A stretch of 64,000 nucleotides of DNA, taken from positions 93,374,001 to 93,438,000 of the forward strand of contig NC_058368.1 in the NCBI RefSeq assembly GCF_018350175.1. Reading direction: 5' to 3'. This document shows, piece after piece, positions 13,325 through 26,636 of the stretch. The DNA is from Felis catus (lineage: Eukaryota). How positions within the stretch are numbered: the first letter of the stretch is position 1; each line of letters starts with the position of its first letter. A program made the translations under genes and the position numbers. Under the pieces are notes generated by a model that had not been told where the DNA came from, did no database searches, and was given only the letters and a program-made list of their open reading frames with translations.

Positions 13325-15440
13325 CATGAACTTCTTTTACCCTGGTAGTACTTTTTGCTCTAATATGTACTTTGTCTGATATTAATAAAGCCACTTCAGC
13401 TTTCTTTTGGTGTCAGCACAGAAATATTTTTCCATCCTTTACGTTTAACCTGTCTGTGTCCTTATATTTCAAGTGTGTTTCTTGTAGGCAGAATATGATT
13501 GGGTCTTGCTTTTTAATCCAATCTGGTGCTACCTGCCTTTTCATCAGAGTATTTAGGCCATTTACACTTAATGATGACATTAAGTATAAATTTAAGTGTT
13601 AAGTTTAAATCTATCATCTTATATTTTTCATTTCTCTCATCTTTGCTTTCTTTTTCTGCTTCTCTTGAATTGATTATGTTTTGGTTCTGTAATAGCTCTT
13701 TTCTTGGCTAATTCTAGTGGTTGCTTTTGGGTTTATAGAATATATCTTCAAGTGATCGTATATAGTACATAAACCTTGTAATAGTAGACTTCTGTTTCTC
13801 CTCTCACCACTTTTGTGCTATTTTTGTTACACATTTTACATTTGTTGCCAATTCCACACTGTGTTGGCACTATTTTTGTTTAAACAGTGAATTGTTATTT
13901 TAAAAGATTAATAAGAAAGAAGTCTTATAAACAGTCAATTATCATTTTAAGAGGTTTACTAAGAAAATATCTTACATATTTAGCATGTTTTCATCATTAT
14001 TGATGCTCTTACTCCTTTCAGTAGTTTCACATTTCTAAAGGGTTTTATTTACCTTCTACCTGAGACAGCTCTAACATTTCTGAAAGTGAAGGTCTGCTGA
14101 ATTCTATCAGTTTTTGTAAATCTTTAAAATTCTTAATTTTGCCTTTATTTTTTCAAGATATTTTCACCCGACATTGAATTGTTGGTTGACAGCTTTCTCC
14201 CCCCAGGTGCCCTACTGTCCTTTTGCTTGCATTGTTTCTTAAGAGAAATCTGCTGTAATCTTATCTTTGTCTCCCTATGTAACATGTTGTTTTCTTCAGG
14301 CTGCCATTAAGATGCTCTTGTCATCACTGGTTTTGAGCAATTTGACTACATTGGTGTGTTTTCGATCATGTTTATTTCGCTTGAATTTTTAAAGTTTATG
14401 TATTTATTTTGAGAAAGAGAGAGAGAGTGTGCACACTCAGGGAAGGGGAGAGAGAGGATCCCAAGCAGGTTCTGTGCTGTCAGCTTGGAGCCTGACATGA
14501 GGCTTGATCTCATGAACATAAGATCATGACCTGAGCCAAAACCAAGACCTGGATGCTTAACTGACTGAGCTGCCCAGGTGCCCCAGCTGTGTTTGAGTTT
14601 TATCAAGCTTCTGAGCTCTGTAAATTTATAATTATTGTCAAATTTGGAAACATTGTGGCCATTACTTCTTCAAATATTTTTCATATCCCCACCTCCTTTT
14701 TCTTTCCTTTGAGGACTCCAATTATATGTATGTCAAGCAGCTTGAAGTCATTACTCTACCATTCACTAATGTTCTGTTCATGTTATTTTTTCTCCCTCTG
14801 TACTCCATTTTGCACAGTCCCTATTTCTATGCCTTCTATGTTAACCTTTTCTTCTGAAACGTCTAATCTGCCGTTAATCCCAAACAAACAATTTTTATCT
14901 TACACTGTACTTTCCATCTTTAGAAATTCCATTTGGGTCTTTTTTTATATTTTCCATGTCTCTCTAATGCTTTGAACAATAACTATTTTAATGTCCTTGT
15001 CTGTTAATTCTAGTATCTGTGTCAGTTTGGGATCAATTTCAGTGGGTTGGTTTATTTCCTCTTTATGGGCTGTATTTTCTTGCTTCTTTGCATGCCTCAT
15101 AATTTTTTTATTGGATTCTAGCCATTGTAAATTGTACCTTATTAGGTGCTAGATATTTCTGTATTCTTATTAATGTGCTTGAGCACCATTCTGCAAAGGA
15201 GTTGGGCCTCATGGAGTATTTGTTCCTTTCAGGCTTTTAAGATCTATTACTCAGAACCAGATCAGTGCTAACTCTGGGGCAAATCATTCTCCATAACGAG
15301 GCAAGATCCATCTATGTACTTTACCCACCATCCTTGAATTATAAGGTTTTCAGGTCTGGGTGCCAAGAACAGTCACTATCCCTGTCCCTGTGAAGGCACT
15401 AGGAAATGATATCTCTAATACTTTTTTTGTTTTACCAAAC
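13325..15440 (-). mobile_element. Old L1 (L1MC/MD-like), interrupted by CanSINE 14388-14583
   Basis: T-rich plus strand with L1 antisense motifs ('tttgtctgatattaataaagccacttcagctttctttt', 'gagaaatctgctgtaatc', 'ggaaacattgtggccattacttcttcaaatattttt'). Confidence 0.85.
14388..14583 (-). mobile_element. CanSINE
   Basis: Reverse-complement SINE ending 'cccaggtgcccc'. Confidence 0.9.
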
Positions 15441-15744
15441 TCTGGTGATACATGCATGCAATAATCACAATCAATGATCACTAAATCTCAGCTGAATACT
15501 CTGTTATCTTCTTTTCCCCAGATCTCATCAATCACAGAGCCTCAACAACAACAAAATCTCTAAAATCACACCCAAACCTTTCCTTTCTCCAAGGCTGATT
15601 TCTCTCTCTCTCTCCAATTAAAGTCTCATATTTTCCAGAGGACTTTACCTGAGTTAACACTTTACCTGAGTTAACACTTTAAATACAGTATATCCAAAAC
15701 AGAACTTAATCTCCTCCTACTACTCCAGTAGGTCTTATTTCCTT

Positions 15745-15809
15745 TCTTTTTCTAACAAAGTTTATTTATTTATTTTTGAGAGAGAACACATGAGTGTGAC
15801 TAGGGAAGG

Positions 15810-15858
<49 letters not shown>

Positions 15859-15988
15859 AAGGAGAGAGAATTCCAAGCAGGCTCTGTACTGTCACTGAAG
15901 AGCCTGACACGGGGCTGAAACTCCCAAACTATGAGATCATGACCTTAGCCAAAATCAAGAGTCAGACACTCAGCCCAAGAGTGCCCCC
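15745..15988 (-). mobile_element. CanSINE with (GA)n
   Basis: Reverse SINE; (GA)n 15813-15854. Confidence 0.9.
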
Positions 15989-16231
15989 AGCAGCTCTTAT
16001 TCTAAGTTTCACAATCCAGGGCCTACCACTAACTCATGACCTTTGACATTTCATATCATTTCAAGGGCACCCCAAGCCCTATAGTGAACTTCGACAACTG
16101 CCTTATTTCTCACATTCCAAATATCTCACATATCCTTCATTTATTTTTTGTTCTTACAGAATGTTCTATTCTCTGTCATCACTGAAGTTTGACTTCCTAA
16201 ATGGTCTTTCTGACAATACCACCTTGCACAT

Positions 16232-16464
16232 TTTTTTATTTTTATTAATTTTAAAAAATTTTTAATGTTTATTTATTTTTGAGAGAGAGAGAGAATATGT
16301 GAGAGGGGGAGGAACAGAGAGAGAGGGAGACATAGAATCTGAAGCAGGCCCCAGGCTCTGAGCTGCCAGCACATAGCCTGATGGGGGGCTTGAACTCACA
16401 AACCATGAGATCATGACCCAAACTGAAGTCAGGTGCCCAACTGACTGAGCCACCCAGGCGCCCC
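16232..16464 (-). mobile_element. CanSINE
   Basis: Reverse SINE; TSD ttgcacattttt. Confidence 0.95.
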
Positions 16465-16496
16465 TCGCTTTGCACATTTTTAAAGCATAATGTCCT

Positions 16497-16730
16497 GGGG
16501 CGCCTGGGTGGCGCAGTCGGTTAAGCGTCCGACTTCAGCCAGGTCACGATCTCGCGGTCCGTGAGTTCGAGCCCCGCGTCGGGCTCTGGGCTGATGGCTC
16601 GGAGCCTGGAGCCTGTTTCCGATTCTGTGTCTCCCTCTCTCTCTCTGCCCCTCCCCCGTTCATGCTCTGTCTCTCTCTGTCCCAAAAATGAATAAAAACA
16701 TTGAAAAAAAAATTAAAAAAAAATAAAAAA
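16497..16730 (+). mobile_element. Young SINEC_Fc
   Basis: CpG-intact consensus-like body; perfect 15-bp TSD aaagcataatgtcct (16482-16496, 16731-16745). Confidence 0.97.
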
Positions 16731-17249
16731 AAAGCATAATGTCCTAAAGTTTTATTTTAATCATGTCACTCTCCTTTTTCAAAACTTCAGTAGTTCTCAA
16801 TTTCCCACTATAAAAAGGTAAAAAAAATAAAAAATAAAAAAATCCCAACTGTGGCACTCAAGCCCTCTATTGTCTAGCAACCTTCCCATGCATATTCTCT
16901 GGCACTATCCTGCACAGAATCTGTGCTTCAGCCAAACTTCCTAGACACTTTCTGTCAATCCCACTGTCTGTGCCTGGAATGTCTTCCCTTTCCACCGCTG
17001 CTATCAAACTGTACATATCCTGAATGGAAGTGTGACTGTACCACCTATCCGGGAAGAAAATCTCAATAAGCTCTAAAGTTTTGTATACACTTTAATTCAC
17101 ATTTAGGACTGATGGATACATGAAGAGTTAGCAAGAAGAATGTTTCTATTACCACCATCTATAATGGGAAAAATTGGAAACAACCTAAATATTCAATAAA
17201 AGGACATTTAACAATAAAATGTGCAGCTCATTTAAAAATGTAGAGATTT

Positions 17250-17463
17250 GGGGGTGCCTGGGTGGCTCAGTTGATTAAGCATCCGACTTCGGCTCAGGTC
17301 ATGATCTCATGGTTCATGGGTTCAAGCCCTGCATTGGGCTCTGTGCTGACAGCTGGGAACCTGGAGCCTGCTTCAGAATCTGTGTCTTCCTCTATCTGCT
17401 CCTCCCCTGTTCATGCTCTGTCTCTCTCTCCCAAAAATAAAAAAAAAAAAAACAATAAAAAAA
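17250..17463 (+). mobile_element. CanSINE within old L1 3' remnant
   Basis: TSD aaatgtagagatttg. Confidence 0.93.
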
Positions 17464-17552
17464 GACTTTTTTCAAATGTAGAGATTTGTCAATGTAGAAA
17501 TATACTTTCTATATATTAAAGAATAACAGAATGGATATAATGTAATCCCAAC

Positions 17553-17768
17553 TTTATTTTATTTTTAAAAATTTTTTAATTTATTTTTGAGAGAGAGAGA
17601 ACATGAGCAGGGGAAAGGCAGCGAGAAATGGAGACACAGAATCTGAAGCAGGCTCCAGGCTCTGAGCTGTCAGCACAGAGCCTGATGCAGGGCTCAAACC
17701 CATGAACCATAAGATCATGACCTGAGCCAAAGTCAAATGCTTAGCCAACTGAGCCACCCAGGTGTCCC
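17553..17768 (-). mobile_element. CanSINE
   Basis: Reverse SINE. Confidence 0.93.
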
Positions 17769-19127
17769 CTCACTTTTTTTTAATATACAATTTTGTTTTT
17801 AAAATGTAATGAATAGATTGATAATATATAGGTAACTAGACAGAAAGATAGAATAAAAAGAACATAACTAAACTCTCAATAGTATTGTTTCTATGTGCTT
17901 GAATAACAGTTGTTCTTGCTTATTTGTATTGGCTTGATTTTCTCTAATACACACATATTATTTTTACAACTTGCAAAATTCGTAGCTATTATTTAAGAAT
18001 GAGCTATCTCCTTTCTGTACATCCAAGCACTCATTTATCACTTATATCACCTAGGATATTATATCATAAACATCTATGTGTCTCTATTTTTTCTATACAA
18101 GCTTCAGCTACTTGAGGGCAGAGAATACATCTAAAGAGTCATGATCCCCCTGCATCACCCAGACTAGATGCTCACAAATGATCTCTAACTGAGTGAATGT
18201 TAAGGCATAGTGAGGGACACAAAGGCTGCAAATAAAAAAAGACAACGGCCAATGGTTGATGCAAGTGTTATATTCAGTTTATACTTGGGTTTTCAATCTC
18301 AATTCCCACTCCCTCTGGGAAAACTTTTCACATTTATTCTACCTCTCAAATTTTAATCTATCCTGCCTTTTTAAACTTTTTTATATTATTCCTCCCATAA
18401 AAAATATCATGTCTGACATTTCCATTCTCTCTTTCCAAAGGAAAAACTCATGGAATGGTTAAGGATTGTTTGCTATTTTAAAACATTGTTAGCCTACCAT
18501 ACTGAAAATATAGTCTGTGGCTGGTATCATCACAAACTCTCTTCCTGGAAGACTGTTTCCATTTCTTCAAAAACACACTGACAGCCCCACTGTCTGGGGC
18601 TGTCACTTTCCCTGGGAGAATAATTACCAACTGGCATGTAGCCTGCAGGAAAAACAACTAGGGTAGAAATTATTATTTGCATGGGGACCTCATCTCAGAA
18701 GTAACAGAGTTAAACATGGTGTTCTGTAGCTCTATTATGGAAGGAATTCAGGGCTAATATCTGCCAAGACATTTACAAACTCAAATCGAAATCTGAGGAT
18801 AAGATTGTCCATGGTGGAGTCTTCCTCCTGAAGGAACTTTGGTCCAGACCTGCTTTTCTTGAAATACTTGAAAATGTAACTAAAACTCCCTACTTCTTTC
18901 TGGGGTAAAGCCCCAACCTGTTCCATGCTGTATCTTAAAACTCAGAAGCAGAACCATCACATTCCACTCCAAGTAGGCACAGTTTACTCCCAATGAGGTT
19001 TATGGTGGTATTTATGGTGATGAAAAGTGTTCCTTCATGACTCTAGTTAGAACTCCATCTGCATGACCAGTACAGTCTTAAGCCAGGGTTCTCAATTTCT
19101 GGTGACAATGCAATATACCTGAGGAGC

Positions 19128-19615
19128 TGCATTATCTAATGCTGTGAACCACATCACCACAAAACTTAGTGACTTAGTGACTTATGGGACAAGAATTCAG
19201 AAGAAGCGCAGCCAACAGTCCTAGCTGGGACTCTCTCAGGGGTTGTAGCCAGACTCCCACAGGGGCTGCAGCCATTGGAAGGCGACACTGGTGACAGAAG
19301 ATCAATTTCAAAGGTGGCACACACACATGGCTGGCAAGTTAATACTCTTGTTGTTAGCAAGCCTGAGTTCCTCTCCACATGGCTACTGGGCATGAGCTCA
19401 GCAATGGAGCTAGCTTCCCCCAGAGAGAGAACAGACCACACAGAAGTTGCAATGCCTTTTACAACCCACCCTTAGAAGTCCCTCCACTTCAGTTGTGCTA
19501 TATTCTTTTGGTCATATGGGTCAGCCTGACCCAATGTGGGAGACCACACAAAGCCATGATTAACAGGTCAGATGAGGCTCCTGGGGAAAGGCAATCTCAG
19601 AGACTGACCACCACA
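19128..19615 (-). mobile_element. MLT1 (MaLR) solo LTR
   Basis: 'tatctaatgctgtgaaccacatcaccacaaaacttagtgactta' start and typical MLT1 antisense body. Confidence 0.75.
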
Positions 19616-19729
19616 GTCCTAGCTCCCAATCATGAGCCAGATGATGTAGTGTGGGGGAATTGGGAGTCCAAAAAGAAGGGATGGGTGTGTTCTATACACA
19701 AGGCAGTATGAGTTGTTGTGGCCATGGGG

Positions 19730-20553
19730 TGGCCTGAGACAGAGTATTCTCCAAAAATGGCCCTATCTGTATATCTATCCCATCCCTTATGCTTTTCTTA
19801 TGATATGACTGGTACTCCTCCCTCCCCCCACCTCAAGACACAAGATCTAGGTTTTCTTCCTTTGACTTGGTGCTGGGAGAGGTTGACCGCCCAATGGAGT
19901 AGGAGGTCTGGCCAAAGTGATGCTATTACATTTCTGAGGCTAGGACATAATAAGGATACAGCTTCTGCCTAGTGGTGTCCCCATTCCTCTTTGAGAACAA
20001 CTGCCCTTGAGACATAGCCACCATATTGTCAGGAAGCCCCAGCCACATACAGAGGTCTTCTGTGGGTATTCTTTTTCTTTTTTAAATAAATGTTTACTTT
20101 TTGAATAAGAAAGAGTGTGAGCAGGGGAGAGGCAGAAAGAGAGAGGGACAGAGGATCCAAAGAGGGCTCTGCACTGACAACAGCAAGCCTGATGTGGGGC
20201 TCGAACTCATGAATCATGAGATCATGACCTAAGCTGAAGTCAGACACTCAACTGACTGAGCCACCCAGGTGCCCCTCCTCTGTGGATATTCTGACTAGCA
20301 GCCACATCTAGGCCTTCACCTGACAATCAGAATCAACTACCAGACATATGAGTGAACAGCCTTCAAGTGCTTCCTGACCTGACTTGAGTCTTCTAGCTGA
20401 GAGGCCCCAGACATCGAGAAGAAGAGACTAGACACATGCAATGTGTCTTGCCTGAACAAATGACCTAAAAAATCATAAAAGACCACACTTAATGATGGTT
20501 GTTTTAAGCTATGTAGTTTTGAGGTAATTTGAGGTAATAATAGATAACTAATA
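19730..20553 (+). mobile_element. MLT1 (MaLR) solo LTR interrupted by CanSINE 20072-20275
   Basis: Ends 'ttttaagctatgtagttttgaggtaatttg...atagataactaatac', the MLT1 3' terminus. Confidence 0.8.
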
Positions 20554-20972
20554 CCATGACCTGAAATATACTTGTTACAGCTACAAACCTCCATCCCCTA
20601 CTCGTACCCACTGAATCAGTGCTCCTACGCAGGGAGAAGCTTGGGAAACTGTTAATTTACACAGTGCCCCAGATGTGTCTTATCAGGGATATTAGGGAAA
20701 TTTTAATGGCATATCTTCACACTTCATGTGTCTCAATAGGATAATCTACTTGGTTTTTATCTTTGATTGTGTGTTTCATCCACTAAGTGAAAACTAAAAC
20801 TGAATTAGAAACTCAATCTAAATATGGTTCTGGATGAGATGCTTTTTTTTATTTTTAACTCTTGGTTTTTATATTAAATTATCAGAAGGTCATGCTTGAA
20901 GAAGAAATGTGGAAAATACAACCCGAAAGTTTTACTGATTTTCAGATTATAATCCTCTTTCTTAAATCTTTA

Positions 20973-21180
20973 ATTTTTTTTTAATGTTTATTCATTGTTG
21001 AGAGAGACAGAGCACAAGCAGGGGAGGAGCAGAGAAAGGGGGGGGGGGACACAGACTCCAAAGCAGGCTCCAGGCTCTGAGCTGTCAGCACAGAGTCCGA
21101 TGTGGGGCTTGAACCCATAAACTATGAGATCATGACCTGAGCCAAAGTCAGCCCCTTAACTGGCTGAGCCACCGAGGCAT
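20973..21180 (-). mobile_element. CanSINE
   Basis: Reverse SINE; TSD cttaaatcttt. Confidence 0.93.
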
Positions 21181-22237
21181 GCCTTAAATCTTTAAATACA
21201 GGACACTATTCAACTAACAGGAAAAACTGAGGACAGAGGCAAAAAAAAGAAAAAAAAAAAAAACACTTTTTGTGGCAACCCTGAATGTTGATATGGCATG
21301 GACTCTCCAAGTTCTATTAAGTGAAAAAAAATAAAAGGTGCATAACATTATCTATATATTTTTAAAGTAGCAAATGCATAGAACTACCGCTATAAAGATA
21401 CACTCGGAACTGGTAATCACATCTATTTTTGGAAAGGAGAACTGGGTGGCTGGAGTAGGAATATAAGGAAGAGTTATTTTTCCATGTACTATCCTTTGTA
21501 TCCTTTTAATTTTGTAGTGAGATCACATAACGCTTTACAAAAATAAATAAAATTTTTTAAAACAGATTTTCTCTTTGAGGACCCTCTTGGGATTCACTCC
21601 AGAACCTGGATGGTGTGACCACCTCACCCCATCATTACTGGTTACAGTTAATTATTTGGGGGAGGATGCAGGACTTAGCAGTAAAAGAGAACTTGATATC
21701 CTTCAGGACCAGTGATCCTGATAGATTAAAATCTAGCCAAAGATACAGTTGATAAAGGTGATAGCCTCGTCCCCATTTCTTATTGGATCTCCTATCCATC
21801 CTCCACCTCTGATGCAGCACAGCCCTTAAACTCTGGACAAGTCAGACACTTGCCTTGGGCCCCTTGCTCAGAGAACCCTGCTATGGTCCTTCTCTGGACT
21901 TGCCCATCACACTCACTGAAGAGCTGCAGCCAAGGGAGGCATCCACCCAGAGCCTTAAGGCTCTGGGTTCAAACAGAGCCAACACTTTTTTCTGTGTAAG
22001 AATATACTGGGAGCTATTGTATTTGAAAAAGCAAAACCAGGAAGCAAAAACAAACAAACAAACAAACAAACAGCCATCTAGTCCTCTGGTCCTCTGATGA
22101 CAGAAACAACAGTGACTTATGTATAGTTTACCGAAGTACATTCTTAAGTGTAGAAAAGTCAACTGTGTGTTTATAAGATTTTAATGTCTTTTTCAAAATG
22201 ATATTAAGGTAGTACATAAAAAGCAAATTTCAAAACA

Positions 22238-22424
22238 CTTTTTTTAATGTTTGTTTATTTTTGAGAAGAGAGGTGGGAGAGAGAGGGAGACACAGAATCT
22301 GAAGCAGGCTCCAGGCTCTGAACTGTCAGCACAGAGCCCGGCGTGGGGCTCAAACCCATGAACTGTGAGATCACGACCTGAACCAAAGTCAGATGCTTAA
22401 CCGACTGAGCCACCCAGGTGCCCC
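22238..22424 (-). mobile_element. CanSINE
   Basis: Reverse SINE. Confidence 0.93.
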
Positions 22425-22513
22425 TCAAAATACTTTTAAGGAATGTTAAACTCTTTAAATGTATCCATGGGGGTTACTTGGCATGCCTCTTGCATGCAAA
22501 GATCATTCATAAT

Positions 22514-22726
22514 GGAGGCACCTGGGTGGCTCAGTCAGGCAACCAACTCTTGATTTGGGCTCAGGTCATGATCTCATGGGTTGTGGCATCAGGCTCCATG
22601 CTGATAGTGTATAACCTGCTTGGGATTCTCCCTCTCTCTCTGCCCACCCTTCCTCCCCCAGCTCCCACTTGCGTGCACACATGTGCATGTGCTCTCTCTT
22701 TCTCAAGATTAAAAAAAAAAAAAAAA
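22514..22726 (+). mobile_element. CanSINE
   Basis: TSD aaagatcattcata. Confidence 0.9.
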
Positions 22727-23107
22727 GATCATTCATAGTGAAGGCCGAACATTCTGTTGCCACTGGAAATTGTCAGGTAGGATTCTAATGGAAAGAAAAT
22801 TAGAACCAAGGGACCAAAAAAAGGGGAAGCTGATAATTTAGGGCACACAGCTTTTTAAGCTTTGTATGTAGAATTTGATGTTTAAGAAACAGAAGACTAA
22901 ATAATAAATCAAAAAGAAACATGTTTAGCTAGAAATTAAAGGAGATTAAAAGGGAATTTATATATTAAAACCTTACATAGTTTACATTTTAAAAGGCATT
23001 TCCATTTGTACACTAGCATGAAAAACTTGTTTTACTAGAAAAATATCCACAAGGATGCATGAGCTAAGGTGGAAATTCTCATTATTTTTCATAACAGCAG
23101 AGCTTAC

Positions 23108-23240
23108 ACATCACTAGAGATCTCTTGGAAATGGAGACCAGATCGTACATGCACTAGAAATCTCTGACCACATGAAGATTTGCAAAGACTGACATTTGGA
23201 CGTGGCATTTGAAAACCAAGGATGGTTAAGCCACTATGTA
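23108..23240 (-). other. Candidate 133-nt exon
   Basis: Minus-strand acceptor gtcatttctttctatcttccag, donor TGT|gtaagc; one open frame (phase 1); no recognised homology. Confidence 0.25.
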
Positions 23241-23611
23241 CTGGAAGATAGAAAGAAATGACTAGCGTGGAGCGCCAAGTTCCCCTGCCCCCCTGCAAAG
23301 AAAACTAAACTAAACTATAAAGATCTGGAACCATTCTACTGAACCTGATATCACTTTGTACAAAAATCTCTGAGAAAGCCAAGATACATCATTTGTTTCT
23401 GGACTATACAAATGATAATTGAATGCAGAGAACTGTGATCTGTGGGAAGTGGCTGATGGGGCTCTGAGATCCCACCAGACATGGTGATTCAGAAGATGTC
23501 ACCAGACATCTCAAGAACAGTGACACAATGTCACCCTGTCCCATCTATTGACAGTGATTGCTGAACATTTCCTTCAACTGAGTTTCTGTCTTATGAAAGA
23601 AAACAATTCTT

Positions 23612-23660
23612 TATTTCATTTCTTATTTATTTCCTTATTTTGAGAGAGCGAGCACGCAAG

Positions 23661-23703
<43 letters not shown>

Positions 23704-23864
23704 GAGTGGGGGAGGGGCAGATAGAGGGGGAGAGATAATCTTAAGCCAGCTCCCTGCTGAGCATGGAGACTGATGCAGGGTTCCATCTCACAAACTCGTG
23801 AGATCATGACCTGAGCCAAAATCAAGAGTTGCACACTTAGCTGACTGAGCCACCCAGGTGCCCC
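23612..23864 (-). mobile_element. CanSINE with (CA)n
   Basis: Reverse SINE; (CA)n 23663-23700. Confidence 0.92.
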
Positions 23865-24736
23865 CCAGAAAGGAAACAATTCTGAAGTGCCTAAGAAACC
23901 TGGCAGTGGTAAAGAACTTGTCAAAGAAATTATTTTCATGTCAGCGCTTACAATGTCTCTTTCTGCACATTACCTTGTGAACAAATGAGACATCTAAGAA
24001 CCTGGGACCATTCTGAGCTCCTGCTTTATTTCTTCTCCTAATTCCCAACCACACAGTACACAGAGCTGGCCCATGGAAGATTCTTAGCCGATGAGACTGC
24101 TCACCATATCCACCCAACAAGCAACTGGATCATACCCTTGACTTGCACACATTCTTGGACAAGCTCACTAATGCCTGAGAGTGAGCAGCAGATATTATCG
24201 CAAGTTTCGAGAAAAGGAGGGGATCAGAACAGAGGGGGAGAAACAGCTTAAGATTAAAACAGGAGACATCACAGTTTCTAGAGTTCGCTGGGCTCCATTT
24301 ACCAAGGCGCTCATGAGGTTCCTGCAATGTGTTTCCAATCCCTATGTCCATCCTTTTTCCCTGGTCCCATCTCAACTTTCTTCTCTCTTCCCATCCAGAA
24401 GTTCATGTTCATTGATGTAAAACAGCTCGGTTGTTTCTTGTCTCTTTCAAACTCATACCCTGGGGCTTTGCCTTCTGCCCCCAAGGCCTTAGCAAAGCAT
24501 TTAATACACAAATACAATTCACTTTGTAAATGACACTGGTGCCCTCTAAGGAAATGGTCCTATGTTTTACTCCTCAACATGAAGCACTTTACAAAGAGCC
24601 AGCCAGTAGAAGGCACAGTTAGTTACTCTTCACACCTCCACAGCCAGTGGGAACTCTCCTTCTCTTCGGGATTCCCTGGATCCTGCAGGGATCCCCTCTG
24701 CCTGTACACCTGCCCCACCAGGCAGGGGAGGCTTAC

Positions 24737-24875
24737 CTTTCATCCTGAAAGAGTCTGAGTCTCTGGAGACACGCTGCCCAGAAGTAGCAGGAATTCACTC
24801 CTAGTGATTTATGTCAGGACCCCGGCCCCGGCTCCCCCCTGGAAGTGAAGACCTCTTCCTCGCCGCCATTTCTGA
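24737..24875 (-). promoter_or_regulatory. Candidate promoter / alternative first exon
   Basis: Minus strand in order: YY1-like GAAATGGCGGCG, ETS-like CACTTCC, GC box, CATAAAT, then ATGAAAG|gtaagc donor. Confidence 0.35.
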
Positions 24876-25329
24876 AACCCACTATCTCAAGTGCCCACCA
24901 ACATGCCATGTGGTCTCTGCCTCTTGCCTCTGGGCCACTGAAGCTGGGCCATCTTCTCAATCTCTGTCTCCCCTAAACATTCAAATACCTGTGCTTCTAT
25001 TGGTGCCCAAACCCAGGGAGCCCTACCCTTCGAGCTAGTGGTAACTCCATGTTAGAGACCAGTTAATTCCAGGGTTCAGAACCGTATAAAGTACACACAG
25101 ACCTCATTTCCCAAAGGGTGAAGAAAGGTGGTGCTGTTGTCATCTGTTATGTCCACATCCTTTCTTCCTTCTGAATTCATGGAGCCTCGAATCCATGGGT
25201 TTCCTTTAGGCCTGGGAGAGCTTTTTCTACTGTATTCTAAGAGATAAGACTACTGCTCAGCACACCAGGGCTGAGAATTCCAAAGCACTCTTCAAACTAC
25301 AGTCCAGACTCTCACCACCAGAAGGCCCA

Positions 25330-25570
25330 ATAATAATGCCAATACCTGACATTTTAAGGAATGCTTCTCATGAGCGAGGCATAGGGTTAAGCACCCCATT
25401 TACATGGTCTCATTTAAGTATCCTTTAAAGCCCAATGCTATAGCTATTTTCATTATGTCCATTTTACAGATGAAGAAACTGAGGTGCAGAGAGGTTAGAC
25501 AATGTGCCCAAGATCACAGAACTAAGGTATCCAAGTCAAGTCTGAATACTATCCATCACTAGGCTGTACT
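25330..25570 (-). mobile_element. MIR
   Basis: 'cattttacagatgaagaaactgaggtgcagagaggttag...cccaagatcacag'. Confidence 0.85.
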
Positions 25571-26553
25571 GCCAGTGACATCATTAGCTTAACAAGCACT
25601 CTGAAACTGGCCCTCATTTGTTCCCTGAGCTTCCTACACATAATTGAGCCATGCACTTATAAGCCAGTCCCAGACAGTTCCCCAGGCAAGAGGCCAGCAG
25701 ATGAAACATGGCGGCCCAGGCCGCAGAAGCCCGTCAAAAAGGGCTAAGCAGAGCTGGAAGCTCCCCTCAGAAACAGCTCCCAGGGAAAGATTTAACTGAG
25801 GCCCTATGTGCTACCTTGCCACTCAGAGTAGACACAGGTTGCCCAGTGAGGTCCCCAAAGTCAAGGTCAACCCTTGGAATCACTACCTATTAACTACAGT
25901 CTTCATCCCTACCTCCTCCTGAGAAGCCCTCAAGCTCTCAAAATACCCAATCTTGGCTTCTGACCAGCTCACTGAATTAACTAAGGCTCCAGAGTCTTCT
26001 CTGGTGTTACTTGACAGTTTAGTGGGAGTCCCCAGGTTTGCCATGCTAATTGCTTAATCTCGAGTCAGAGTAACCAAGGCAACTGATACATGTGACCTAG
26101 CGCTGTAACATATCGGCCAGCTTTGGGGGGTGGGGACCTCCTACAGGATCCCATTAAAACTCTTAGTATGCTACAGCTCCACGGAACACCCTCAGTAGGA
26201 GCCCCAGAACCTGCATCCCCCAAACCCTGACTCCACCCAGGCTTGAGCTCCCCCAGAGCCCACACACATGGAAGATACCAGCAGATGCACAGTCCTACTG
26301 TTGGAGTTTTTGGCTGAATGTTCTAACCCGAATGTCTTTTCCATTATCCATCTTACACACCTGCTTCAAAAGGAGCCATTCCTGAACCCAAACCTTTGGT
26401 GGCCACCCTACAAATGCAATCCTGACTTCTGGTTTGGCCTGCTCCATGGATGCCCCACATACTAGCATGTTCTTCTCCCACATTTATTTTCCATGAGGGC
26501 TTGACAAGGCACAAACCAAGAAATATGGGCAGTAGTCCCAAGTAGATCACTAA

Positions 26554-26605
26554 TTTTTTTTTAAGTTTATTTATTTATTTTGAAAGAGAGCAAGCAGGGA
26601 AGGGG

Positions 26606-26636
<31 letters not shown>

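Noticed and set aside
18579..18605. 11-bp perfect hairpin tgacagcccca/tggggctgtca
   Set aside because: Too short for a pre-miRNA, lacks IRE geometry, and is plausible by chance.
18730..18930. Open frames on both strands
   Set aside because: No recognised homology; resembles an L3/CR1 remnant.
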